Positions 1 to 9,425 of a stretch of 64,000 bases of DNA are shown one piece after another. The translations under genes were made by a program, and so were the position numbers. The notes below the pieces were generated by a model that was not told the DNA's origin, did not search any database, and saw nothing but the letters and a program-made list of their open reading frames with translations. Where the stretch lies: contig CAZLVB010000001.1 in the NCBI GenBank assembly GCA_964562855.1, positions 3,614 to 67,613 of the forward strand. Direction: 5' to 3'. The DNA comes from an uncultured Gammaproteobacteria bacterium (GTDB lineage Bacteria > Patescibacteriota > Microgenomatia > Curtissbacterales > GWA2-41-24). Position 1 is the first letter of the stretch, and each line of letters begins with the position of its first letter.

Positions 1-845
1 TTATGAATAAAATTGCCGAATTTTAGACCCAAGTCCTGATCCTGCAAAATGAATTTTATTGATTTCTCGATGTCCTCAAGCCGGGGTCTGCCGGTTGTAA
101 CTTCAAAACGCTGTAAGATTACTTTTGGGGGTATCAAAACAACGAGTGGCAGGGCAAGTGTGATAGTTATCAACAAAAAACCGGCCAAATATTTTTTAGG
201 GACAGAGAGAATATCTTTTTTCCAAATAAAAAAAGTAGCAATGAATAAAAGCGGCACAAAAATCCTTTCCGCATGATAGGTATACGCCGATAAAGCCAAA
301 AGAATACCGCTTACGATAAGCAATTTTTTATTTTTCAACCCATACAAAAAGGCGGTGATAGAACTTGCAGCAAAGAAGAGTCCCACAGTTGCTTCAAAGC
401 CAACCCGGGAAAACTGGAGATGCCAGGGGGAGATGGCCAACATTAGCATAGCTACTGTCGGAATATCCAATTTCAAATAATTACCAATTTCAAATTTCAA
501 ATTCGAGTTTTCAAATAGTTTTTTAGCTAAAAGATATAGTACGGGGACGGTCAGAAATCCGAAGATTGCAGATGGAAGCCTAGCGGCAAAAGGTGTCAGC
601 CCAAAAACGGCAACTGAGGGGATATTGAAGTACATGTAAAGTGGGGGTTTATAGTCGTCAAAAGATCTGTTGGTTATGGGTAGGAAGTCGCCGTATTCAT
701 CTTTGCCAGTTTTGAGAATTGAGTAGGCATTATAGGCATTACTGTTTTCGTCCCAATCTAAACTCAAAGGAATTTGTCCTAATTTGTAAAACCGGAGAAT
801 AAATGCTAAAAAAAGAATTGCCAAGAATATTGTTTTTCTACTCAA
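1..845 (-). CDS. GT-C (PMT_2/ArnT-like) membrane glycosyltransferase, 5' part only (runs off the left edge)
   Basis: Not in the ORF track. Manual translation from TTG at 845: LSRKTIFLAILFLAFILRFYKLGQIPLSLDWDENSNAYNAYSILKTGKDEYG...SFDDYKPPLY...AARLPSA...AISPWHLQFSRVGFE. Same motifs as the neighbouring paralogs; overlaps the stop of 838..2556. Confidence 0.85.
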   Translation of the reverse strand, partial: MSRKTIFLAILFLAFILRFYKLGQIPLSLDWDENSNAYNAYSILKTGKDEYGDFLPITNRSFDDYKPPLYMYFNIPSVAVFGLTPFAARLPSAIFGFLTVPVLYLLAKKLFENSNLKFEIGNYLKLDIPTVAMLMLAISPWHLQFSRVGFEATVGLFFAASSITAFLYGLKNKKLLIVSGILLALSAYTYHAERIFVPLLFIATFFIWKKDILSVPKKYLAGFLLITITLALPLVVLIPPKVILQRFEVTTGRPRLEDIEKSIKFILQDQDLGLKFGNFIH

Positions 846-2556
846 TTTTTTGCTCCTCTAACCTTTTTTTAATCTGGTCAACTTCATACACTTCAAAAAG
901 TCTGTCCCCATTGGGATCATCGACAGTAAAAATTGGCTTGACTTTAAACGATAATTCTTTGGCTTCTGTACCTTCAACCGCCAGCAAGGAGTTGACAGGA
1001 AGGGTTTCGGTACTGGGTGCTGATGGATAAAAGGTAAATTGGCCAATTTTTTCGATTACCTGCCACCCTCCCTGGTCGCGATATCTGACCACTGAGTTTA
1101 GAAAATTTTCGGGATCATATTTTTCGTAAAACAAGTAATGGATATATTGTTTGGCGTCATCCCCTTTTCTCGAAACTGCGATTTCACTATATGCGAACTT
1201 TTTGCTCTCCAAATAATTAAAAAGGTCCTTGTAACCATATCTTTGGTATCTTGCATAAACTTTTGGATAGAAATAAATCATATCTGTCCAAAATCGGGCT
1301 ATGGAGGCTAAAATGACAAGTAGTACGGCAATGCCTAACAACTGTTTTGCCCGTCTATTTTGTATCAGGGCAAAGAGTGTCATTAGACCAAAGGCGGCTA
1401 TAATCTGGGGAATTGGCATCAAGATGTTTAATCTGCCCGGATTACCAACACCCGTTATTGAAGGCCCGATAGGTATAATCAGAATCCAGGCAAGAAGCAG
1501 TAAGGAATTACTATTTTTAAATTTTAAGAGAGAAATTAGCCCGATTATCAAAAGCGGCAGTTCGAAAGTGTAAAAAAAACCTCTTAAGGGTACAGACTGA
1601 TAACCGGTGTAATTACCTTTTATGTAATAAGTTTCAGGCGATAAATTTGAGAAATAATTATTAAGATAAGTGGATAAGAAATAGGTATATTTATTGTATA
1701 TAACTGAGCAGACAAACATTGATAGTCCAGGTTGACATGAACCACGCCGAGAATTAATATCGTCAACTATTCCGCTTCTTTGAACTCCGGCAATAAAACT
1801 TTCCTGGAAAAATCGGGACTGGCCTTTAAAAGTTAATACAGTTGGAATCAGGGGTGTCAGCAGAATAAGAAATAATACTACGTTTCTCGCAAGCGCCGGC
1901 CAGATTGTTCTAAGTTTTCCTCGGTAAAAATAAATCAGCGCGGCAAGAAAAAGAGGCACGAAGAGCCAGCTGGAGCGGTAAATATAAAAACAGAGAGCAA
2001 ATCCAATAAAAGCAAAAGTTAGATATTTGCTATCCTTCAACCCCTTCAAGAAAAAATAGGTAGAGATTACTATAAAGAAAATTAAAATATCGGATTCAAA
2101 TGCATTGCGTGAAGCGACAATGTGCCACGGGGAGATTGCCAACATTAGCGCAGCTAATGTTGGAATTTCCAATTTCCAATTTCCAATTTCCAATAATTTT
2201 TTTAAGTCTTTAAAAAGTTCTTTAGTCAGCAGGTATGTCGCCCAGACAGCCAGAACGCCAAATGCTGCCGACGGGAGTCTTGTAGCGAATTCGTTGACTC
2301 CAAAGAAAAATTGTGAAACTACTGTTAAGTAAAGATATCCGACCAGCTTCCAGTCACCGAAACTTTCGAAAACCGGAAATGGTAAAAATCTCCCCCACTC
2401 GTCTTGGCCGTTTTTAAGAATCGAATAAGCATTGTAACCAAAAGCCGCCTCATCATCGTTAAAGCCGATGGGGATCGTGGTGAGATTTATGAAACGCAAT
2501 AAAACCGCTACCAAAATTATTGCGAGTAAGAAAAAATTGCCCCTGGCCCACTTCAT
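838..2556 (-). CDS. GT-C (PMT_2/ArnT-like) membrane glycosyltransferase
   Basis: 572 aa, polytopic; N-terminal TM then NDDEAAFGYNAYS acidic loop, FGDWK, TRLPSA, AISPWH. Confidence 0.8.
   Translation of the reverse strand: MKWARGNFFLLAIILVAVLLRFINLTTIPIGFNDDEAAFGYNAYSILKNGQDEWGRFLPFPVFESFGDWKLVGYLYLTVVSQFFFGVNEFATRLPSAAFGVLAVWATYLLTKELFKDLKKLLEIGNWKLEIPTLAALMLAISPWHIVASRNAFESDILIFFIVISTYFFLKGLKDSKYLTFAFIGFALCFYIYRSSWLFVPLFLAALIYFYRGKLRTIWPALARNVVLFLILLTPLIPTVLTFKGQSRFFQESFIAGVQRSGIVDDINSRRGSCQPGLSMFVCSVIYNKYTYFLSTYLNNYFSNLSPETYYIKGNYTGYQSVPLRGFFYTFELPLLIIGLISLLKFKNSNSLLLLAWILIIPIGPSITGVGNPGRLNILMPIPQIIAAFGLMTLFALIQNRRAKQLLGIAVLLVILASIARFWTDMIYFYPKVYARYQRYGYKDLFNYLESKKFAYSEIAVSRKGDDAKQYIHYLFYEKYDPENFLNSVVRYRDQGGWQVIEKIGQFTFYPSAPSTETLPVNSLLAVEGTEAKELSFKVKPIFTVDDPNGDRLFEVYEVDQIKKRLEEQKIE
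2123..2174. repeat. About 52-nt dispersed repeat with an 11-bp hairpin (other copies at 421-472 and 10652-10703)
   Basis: CCAACATTAGC-GCA-GCTAATGTTGG, perfect at 2139-2163 and 10668-10692, imperfect at 437-461. Confidence 0.85.
2164..2194. repeat. Perfect heptamer tandem repeat (AATTTCC)x4, in frame
   Basis: Encodes LEIGNWKLEI in the GT-C at 838..2556; degenerate versions at about 462-516 and 10693-10760. Confidence 0.85.
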
Positions 2557-4040
2557 GGTATTACCTGGTACAATCTCATGTAGCTATTCCCTACTCCTTT
2601 TTGGAATTTAACAACAAATTTTAAATTTCGATTTGTAATCTCTTTTTGATTCTCGTTAAAAACAAAGTACGTTTTATTAATTTGCGCCTGCTCTAGTGCC
2701 TGTTGAGAAAGTTTATTTGTATCTACCGGCCAAAAGCCGGTGATTTGTACGTTGTGATTACCGAAAAAATAAATCAGAAGGGCATACGGCAGTAGCCCAA
2801 AAGTACCTTCGGTTCCAACGTAAATCTGTTTATCTTTTGATTCGTTACGAATGATTTCAACGACCTCGTTAACTCCGTATCCCGCCGGCCAATCATTTAG
2901 ATACTGGCCCTTATCACTGTCGGCAATTCTTGCCTTTGTAGGGCTAGTCAGGAGAAAGTATGACGAAGAAAGAGGTAATATCAAAAACAAAGCAAAAATG
3001 GCTACGAATGATTTTTTAAATTGAGGAATTCGATCTAAAAAACTAATTACTCCGTGCGACAAAATAATTATTAAAAACGGAAAATAAAAAAGAAGAAACC
3101 TTGGGTAAATTACTTTATTGAAAACGGCCATCGCCAAAAACGGTATCAAAAATAAAAAAGATAAATAAATTATTCTTTTGTTCATTTTGTAGATTCCCCA
3201 AATAGCAGAAATTATAAAGATTAAGAACAGGGGCCATGTAATATAAGACGCAATCCATGTAGAAAGAGTAAAAAGGTTTGATTTAAAGAAAATGAGAGGA
3301 TCTTTTGCCACTTCTGAAAAAGGCCTGATAAATTCCAAGTTTTTGCGACCAATAATGTAAAACAGCGGGGAAAGTCTTAAACTGTTGTACATAAGTTGGG
3401 TTAAAACCACAGAAATGGCAGAAAGCCCAAGCCATTTTAAAAATTTGACATTCCGATTTTTTGCCGTGAAATCAAAAAGCAATAAAGAGAGCGGCAGAAA
3501 ATACAGAAAAAATACCCCAGACGATTTAGTAATCATTGCTAAGCCAATGGCAAAACCTGAAAATATAGATGTATCAAGACGTGGATTTTTGATGAGTTTA
3601 ACTGCAAACAAAATACTCAATATTCCAAACATTGTCAGCAACGAATCAAAAAGGGCCATACGATCGTAGAGTAAAGTGAATGGTAAGATTACATATAGAA
3701 GCGCCGAAAGTTTAGCAACTTTATCTGAAAACAGTTCTCTCGTTAGAAAATAAATTGCGACGACTGAGCCAAAACCGGCCATGACTGAGACTGCTCTTGT
3801 GGCAATTAAAGGATCATTTATAAAATTTTGAAAAATAGCGGCAAGCCAAATAAATAACGGTTGTTTGCCGTCTTCTAGAGAAATAAACCGGTGGGCTGGA
3901 TCGTGAAGAGCGACTTGGGCCCAATAGCTGTAAATTGCCTCGTCGGTGAATATCGGAATAATCTTTAGGTTGATGATTCTTGTCAGAAAATAGACTAAAA
4001 CTAAAAGAGGCCAGAAGAAAAATTCGAATTTGTTTTTCAT
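2553..4040 (-). CDS. GT-C (PMT_2/ArnT-like) membrane glycosyltransferase
   Basis: 495 aa, polytopic; PIFTDEAIY, DGKQPL, YDRMALFDSL, ITKSSG, YPRF. Confidence 0.8.
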   Translation of the reverse strand: MKNKFEFFFWPLLVLVYFLTRIINLKIIPIFTDEAIYSYWAQVALHDPAHRFISLEDGKQPLFIWLAAIFQNFINDPLIATRAVSVMAGFGSVVAIYFLTRELFSDKVAKLSALLYVILPFTLLYDRMALFDSLLTMFGILSILFAVKLIKNPRLDTSIFSGFAIGLAMITKSSGVFFLYFLPLSLLLFDFTAKNRNVKFLKWLGLSAISVVLTQLMYNSLRLSPLFYIIGRKNLEFIRPFSEVAKDPLIFFKSNLFTLSTWIASYITWPLFLIFIISAIWGIYKMNKRIIYLSFLFLIPFLAMAVFNKVIYPRFLLFYFPFLIIILSHGVISFLDRIPQFKKSFVAIFALFLILPLSSSYFLLTSPTKARIADSDKGQYLNDWPAGYGVNEVVEIIRNESKDKQIYVGTEGTFGLLPYALLIYFFGNHNVQITGFWPVDTNKLSQQALEQAQINKTYFVFNENQKEITNRNLKFVVKFQKGVGNSYMRLYQVIP

Positions 4041-5650
4041 CGTGAAGAGATTCCTATATCGAAAACCCGTTGGCCTTCTAAATTGCTGACGGAATCGACT
4101 TTTTGAGCATCGGGAGGCAGTTGTTCCGGACTTGCAATAAAAAGCGCCTTGCCGGTAAGGGTAATATTGCCAAGACTATCACTGAATCTGTATTTATCAA
4201 AAGCCTCTACATCCAAAAAGTAAAATTTGTCTCTTTCGGTCTGGGACGTTTGCCAATAAAGTTTTGGTTCGTACTTAGTATAAAAAAGGAAATAAATATA
4301 TGGCCTTCCTTGGGCTTTTGTGACTACTATTTGATCGACTTGATCGTAATATTTTTGGGAAGCTTCAACAACCTGTTTGTAGCCGTATTGCCAGGAGCCT
4401 GAATAATTTAGAGGCCAGTGAATGTAATACATATGCAAGTAATAGAAAAAGTTGAGAGCCAATAATAAAAACGTTGCAATAAAAAAGATTTTTTTGAATT
4501 TGATTAGTTGATAAAGATAATATGCTCCAAAGGCGGCGATTAGTTGAAACGTTGGCAGAATATGGACCATTCTCAGTGCGTGCGGAGTTTCTCGAGCAGT
4601 GGCAGGACCAAGAGGTGAAACTAGCATCCAGCCAATGATTAACCACCGATACTGATGTTTTTTGGAAAATAAGAAATAAATGCCCGCCAATATTAATGGC
4701 AGATCGACAAGATAAAGTTCGCCAACTTCCTGGATTGAAAGTCTTGGATTAACATCTCCGCGAAAAAATAGGAAACTTGGGTTAAAAGCATCTAAATAAT
4801 GTTTTAAGTATTCTTGTGCATAAAATAAGCGCCGGTTGTGAATTAAATTGGACCACAAGGAATAGTTATCACGTACTTGATATCTTCTTGATTCGTCTAT
4901 GGGTTTTAAATCCCTAAAAATCGTGACTTCATTAAACCTAAGTTTGCCTTCGATAGTAATGGTTGCGAATTTAAATAGTGGCCAAAAAAGAAAAAGTGCT
5001 ACGATTGCGGTCGCAGTAACTAACTTGAGATTCGCCATAATTTGTTTTCTAAATTGCAGAAATAATATAGCCAAAATAAACGGCACAAAGAGCCTCTGGC
5101 CGGTGAACGTGTAGATTGCAGCTAAGAAGGAGAGTGCAGAAAAAAATAAGTAATATGATTTACCGGTCGCGAATTTTAAAAATAGATAGATCCCCAGTGT
5201 TGAAAAAAACAGGCCTAAATTTGCTTCAAAAGCCCCTCTTGAGAACTGTAAGTGCCAAGGGGAAATTGTTAAAAATAAAGCTGCAAGAAGCGAGATAACT
5301 TCTCTCTTAAAAAGTATTTTGGAAATTAAATAAACTAAAATAACAGTCAAAACTCCAAAAAAAGCAGAAGGGAATCTAATTGAGAATTCGTTTAGACCAA
5401 ATAAGGCCACTGACGGTACAGTTGTATAAATATAGCCTGGAGGCTTGTAATCACCAAAAGCTGCAAAATTAGTCAGTGGCATAAATTTACCGTGTTCATC
5501 ATGGCCAGTTTTAAGTATTGAATAAGCGTTGTAACCCAAAGAGGCCTCATCCCAATAAAGCGAGGGCGGGACAGATGAGAGTTTATAAAGTCTTAAAAAT
5601 AAGGCTAGCAGAACAATAGATATTAAGAGAACATTATTTAAATTTTTCAT
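4037..5650 (-). CDS. GT-C (PMT_2/ArnT-like) membrane glycosyltransferase
   Basis: 537 aa; YWDEASLGYNAYSILKTGHDEHG, FGDYKPP, RFPSA, SPWHLQFSR, PHALR. Confidence 0.82.
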   Translation of the reverse strand: MKNLNNVLLISIVLLALFLRLYKLSSVPPSLYWDEASLGYNAYSILKTGHDEHGKFMPLTNFAAFGDYKPPGYIYTTVPSVALFGLNEFSIRFPSAFFGVLTVILVYLISKILFKREVISLLAALFLTISPWHLQFSRGAFEANLGLFFSTLGIYLFLKFATGKSYYLFFSALSFLAAIYTFTGQRLFVPFILAILFLQFRKQIMANLKLVTATAIVALFLFWPLFKFATITIEGKLRFNEVTIFRDLKPIDESRRYQVRDNYSLWSNLIHNRRLFYAQEYLKHYLDAFNPSFLFFRGDVNPRLSIQEVGELYLVDLPLILAGIYFLFSKKHQYRWLIIGWMLVSPLGPATARETPHALRMVHILPTFQLIAAFGAYYLYQLIKFKKIFFIATFLLLALNFFYYLHMYYIHWPLNYSGSWQYGYKQVVEASQKYYDQVDQIVVTKAQGRPYIYFLFYTKYEPKLYWQTSQTERDKFYFLDVEAFDKYRFSDSLGNITLTGKALFIASPEQLPPDAQKVDSVSNLEGQRVFDIGISSR

Positions 5651-5654
5651 CTCG

Positions 5655-6230
5655 CTAATTAAAAAAGATATTATTACATACCGACTTTAATTGCCAATTG
5701 AAGATGAAGTACCAGATAGTTAAGTAGCTTAGGGCAACTAAAATAAATATTGACTGGGCCGATTTGGCAAGTCGCCCGATCCCCCATAGAGAAAACGTGT
5801 ATCTTGACAAGGCTAACAAATAAAACTCCAGTTTGGATGAAGAAGCAATAATTGCGTATAACGGTACAGCTAGGAATGTCAAAAAATGGACTAGAGACCA
5901 AAAACGTTTTTTTCTGGTAATTTCAACTATTCCTAAGATCAGTAGTACAACACCAACTGGCCCGACGGTTTCGAATAACAACTTAGGGGTAAAAGTGGAT
6001 AAATACGATTTGCCAAATTCGTAGAGGCCGGCACTTGCTTTATTATGAAAAAAACGGGCGACGGTTCTTTCTATATCTGTATCTGTAGCCGTTTGTGATT
6101 CGACATTAATTTTTACTGAAAGCGGGATAAAGCTATAATCGATAAATTGCTTACAACCGGTGGTTTGCCACATTCTAAAAGCATAAACTGAAACTATTAG
6201 TAAAATTAAAACTAATTTAATTTTTGCCAT
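5655..6230 (-). CDS. Small membrane protein resembling the central part of the neighbouring GT-C paralogs
   Basis: 191 aa, about 5 hydrophobic segments; RFFHNK...SYLSTFTPKLLF resembles LIHNRR...HYLDAFNPSFLF of the neighbours; no DE loop. Confidence 0.6.
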   Translation of the reverse strand: MAKIKLVLILLIVSVYAFRMWQTTGCKQFIDYSFIPLSVKINVESQTATDTDIERTVARFFHNKASAGLYEFGKSYLSTFTPKLLFETVGPVGVVLLILGIVEITRKKRFWSLVHFLTFLAVPLYAIIASSSKLEFYLLALSRYTFSLWGIGRLAKSAQSIFILVALSYLTIWYFIFNWQLKSVCNNIFFN

Positions 6231-7818
6231 TTATTTTCCAGAGAGAATATATATGACGCCCATTAGTATCATTGGCTGCAGTAAGCCAATCACCGTCGAC
6301 CTTCTTCCATGACGGTGCAACGTATAAAATTCTTCCTTTATTGTACAAATCAAAATCGTCAGAAGTGAAAATGTATTTTGAGAATCCATCCTTGTTGCCT
6401 TCAGTTGCGAACTTTTGTGGATCGTATTTTTTATAAAACAGAACATATATATATGGAACTTGGGTAATGTTGGAGATATAAATTTTGTCAAAAGTATTTT
6501 CGAATTGCACCAACTTTTCTACCATTTGCTTGTTGCCATCTTGCCAGTCCGCGGAAAATTTTCGCGGATAATGAATAAAAAGTAGGTGCACATAGGTTAA
6601 AAATGAATAGACAATGACAATCGAAATCATCAGCTTGATAATGTACGGTTTGTAATTTGAGAAGAGATGGTATAACCCTAACCCTGATAAAAAAGCCATT
6701 GGCACTGCCATTTGAAGAGTCCTGTATGCGTGAGGCGCTGGATTGACGATACTGGCTGGAATGGGAGCAACAAAAAGCATTGCAAGTAATAACTTAACCG
6801 ACTTTTTATCCTGGCCTCTAAGTGCAAAAAGGGCAACAATAATTAAAATTAGCTCAAAAGAAAATATTTGGCCCATGTCGACTTGAGAATGCCTGCCGGT
6901 TTGATCCCCGTTTATGAAAAGGAAGGTAGGCGAGAAATGTTCAATATAGTTGTTTAAAGCGATCGAGGAATAATAAAAAGGCTTGGACCAGTATCCGGAT
7001 AAAAGTCTCAACGGTCTTTTGGAACTTTGATCAAACCCGACTCTAGCCATTTCGAAATCACCAGGATCGAATCCCGACTGGGAAATCGCCCTAGCTCTAC
7101 CATTTGGCGAAAAAGTGAAAGTAAAAAGCGGCAGAAAAATAATTACTCCGACGATCACCGGAATTATTAAAATCTTGATCATTTTTCTGAGTTGGTTGAA
7201 ATAAATTAAAAAAATCGCAAAGATCATCAGGGGGGTAAAGATTCTATAGGCATGATAGCTGTACATTGAAAGATCAAAGAGGATAAAAGCGGCTGTGAAA
7301 TAAGCCCATTTCTTCTTTTCAAACGAATTTAAAAAAATAAATAAGCCACTCATAAAGAAAAAGAGACCGGCCGTTGATTCAAAACCAGCTCTGGAAAACT
7401 GTATATGCCAAGGTGAAATAGCTAAGAATAATGTCGAGAATAAGGATAATTTTTCATTTTTGGTTAATTTGTAAACGATTAAAAAGAAAACTAATACGGT
7501 GATGGATCCTAAAAAAGCGCTTGGAAGACGAACTGCAAATTCATTCAGGCCGAATACTGCAATCGATGGTACAAGCAAATAATGATAAACGGGTAGTTTC
7601 CAGTCACCGAAGCTTTCAAAGAACAATGGCAGAGTAACTCCGTGGTGATCCTTACCCGTTTTAAGCAGGGAGTAAGCATCGTAACCAAAAACCGCTTCAT
7701 CCCAATAAAGCCCAGGCGGATTGAGCCCCAATTTATAGAAGCGTAGAATGCCAGCTAGGATCAAAATCACCAAGAGGATTACAAGCTTATGATTTGAGAT
7801 TTTAATTTTCATTGCCAT
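6217..7818 (-). CDS. GT-C (PMT_2/ArnT-like) membrane glycosyltransferase
   Basis: 533 aa; YWDEAVFGYDAYS, FGDWKLP, RLPSA, SPWHIQFSR, PHAYR. Confidence 0.82.
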   Translation of the reverse strand: MAMKIKISNHKLVILLVILILAGILRFYKLGLNPPGLYWDEAVFGYDAYSLLKTGKDHHGVTLPLFFESFGDWKLPVYHYLLVPSIAVFGLNEFAVRLPSAFLGSITVLVFFLIVYKLTKNEKLSLFSTLFLAISPWHIQFSRAGFESTAGLFFFMSGLFIFLNSFEKKKWAYFTAAFILFDLSMYSYHAYRIFTPLMIFAIFLIYFNQLRKMIKILIIPVIVGVIIFLPLFTFTFSPNGRARAISQSGFDPGDFEMARVGFDQSSKRPLRLLSGYWSKPFYYSSIALNNYIEHFSPTFLFINGDQTGRHSQVDMGQIFSFELILIIVALFALRGQDKKSVKLLLAMLFVAPIPASIVNPAPHAYRTLQMAVPMAFLSGLGLYHLFSNYKPYIIKLMISIVIVYSFLTYVHLLFIHYPRKFSADWQDGNKQMVEKLVQFENTFDKIYISNITQVPYIYVLFYKKYDPQKFATEGNKDGFSKYIFTSDDFDLYNKGRILYVAPSWKKVDGDWLTAANDTNGRHIYSLWKINGKN

Positions 7819-9425
7819 TCACCTATAAGGAATATTTCTTTTTTTTGCGAGTAGTCAGAAACTGTATACAGTTTTATAAATCGTTTCTCTCTGCCGATTG
7901 CCTGCAGTTCCTGAGGCGAAATTGCTAGCAATGTCTTTGTTCCGCTAATAGAGTCAATTGCGGCCTCGTCCAAATCCTTGCCGCCGCTATCCCAGTATGT
8001 GGTGCCGAATTTGTATTTACCAATGCGCTCTTGATTAAAGCCGAAATAGTTTTGAGGCTCAATTTTATTGTAAAAAAGATAGAAGATATAAGGTTTCCAG
8101 TAGCGTCCGGTCACAATAACCGAGTCGTAACTATTTTCAATTTCTGCAATTTGGGAAAACATCTGCTTATAGCCGTAAGCCCAGCTCGCACTGTCTTTAA
8201 GAGGGTAGACAAAATAATAGCTGTAAATATAATTTGTAAAAAATAGAATAATTGCAATGACAGCTAATATTTTATAAATCTGTCTCTTAACAAGAACTGC
8301 TTGTAATCCTAATGCGGACAGCATAATTAAAGATGGCAGCATCAATAAAGAGCGCAGTGCGTGTGGTGATTGTTGGGAAAATGCTGCAGGAAGCGGAGAA
8401 AAAACTAACCAGGCCGCAATAAATATTTTTGATTTTAACTCAACTTTTTTCATTAAAATCCAAAACCCTATAAAAATTAATGGTAATTCGAAAAGATAGA
8501 AGTTGCCGTGATACGCAGAATGATGACGCGGATTAGAATCACCCCCGAAAAACAAAAACGGGAATGAAAAGTGCGAAAAATAGTTATTTGCCGCCGTAAA
8601 AATGTAAGGTATTCTTCTGTTTAGGAAAAAATTCGCAAAAACGCTTGGATTTTTTGCCTTGGCATCCACATAATCTACTGTCAGTGATTTGTCCGAAAAA
8701 ATGCTAATTTCGGAAATATGTTTTACTCCCACGGGTCGAAAGGTTTGAATTATTAAGGGGGTAAGAAAAAGTATAGATATCGCTAAGCCCGATAGATAGT
8801 ATCTGACATTTTTGAATATCAATTTATTAAAAACGATAAAGAATACAAGTACTATAAGAGGTACAAACAATTTTGGTGAATGATAGAAAAAGATCGAAGT
8901 CGCAAGCACAGGAATTGAAAATAAAGCTACTAGGCGATTTCCTGTGCCATAAAACAGCATATTGGATCCTAACACCACAAGTGTTAGTGCTACGTTTGCT
9001 TCAAATGCAGCTCTTGAAAATTGCAGGTGCCAAGGGGAAATTGCCAGAAGGGCCGAGGCACTTAGCGCCACCTGTTCGCTAAGTTTGTAATTTGCAAAGA
9101 GATTTTTGGATAAAAAATAGATGCCGATGACTGCAAAAACACCGAAGAGCGCGGAAGGAAATCTTACTGAAAATTCAGAAAGGCCTAAGAATTTTATAAA
9201 AGGTGCGTCAAGATATATATACCCCGGAAGCTTATAATCGTTAAAAGATTTAAATAATATAGGCAGCTTTGTTCCGTACTCATCTGTTTGATTTTTAGCT
9301 ATAGAAAAAGCATTATACCCATTGGCTACTTCATCCCAATATAAAGAAACAGGAAAAGACTCAAGCTTATAAAATCTAAGAATTGCCGCAATAACTGTGA
9401 TTACAATAAGAAGTTTATATTTCAT
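7809..9425 (-). CDS. GT-C (PMT_2/ArnT-like) membrane glycosyltransferase
   Basis: YWDEVANGYNAFS, FNDYKLP, SPWHLQFSR, PHALR. Start moved from 9452 to the ATG at 9425 (MKYKLL), which overlaps the upstream stop. Confidence 0.82.
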   Translation of the reverse strand: MKYKLLIVITVIAAILRFYKLESFPVSLYWDEVANGYNAFSIAKNQTDEYGTKLPILFKSFNDYKLPGYIYLDAPFIKFLGLSEFSVRFPSALFGVFAVIGIYFLSKNLFANYKLSEQVALSASALLAISPWHLQFSRAAFEANVALTLVVLGSNMLFYGTGNRLVALFSIPVLATSIFFYHSPKLFVPLIVLVFFIVFNKLIFKNVRYYLSGLAISILFLTPLIIQTFRPVGVKHISEISIFSDKSLTVDYVDAKAKNPSVFANFFLNRRIPYIFTAANNYFSHFSFPFLFFGGDSNPRHHSAYHGNFYLFELPLIFIGFWILMKKVELKSKIFIAAWLVFSPLPAAFSQQSPHALRSLLMLPSLIMLSALGLQAVLVKRQIYKILAVIAIILFFTNYIYSYYFVYPLKDSASWAYGYKQMFSQIAEIENSYDSVIVTGRYWKPYIFYLFYNKIEPQNYFGFNQERIGKYKFGTTYWDSGGKDLDEAAIDSISGTKTLLAISPQELQAIGREKRFIKLYTVSDYSQKKEIFLIGEWQ

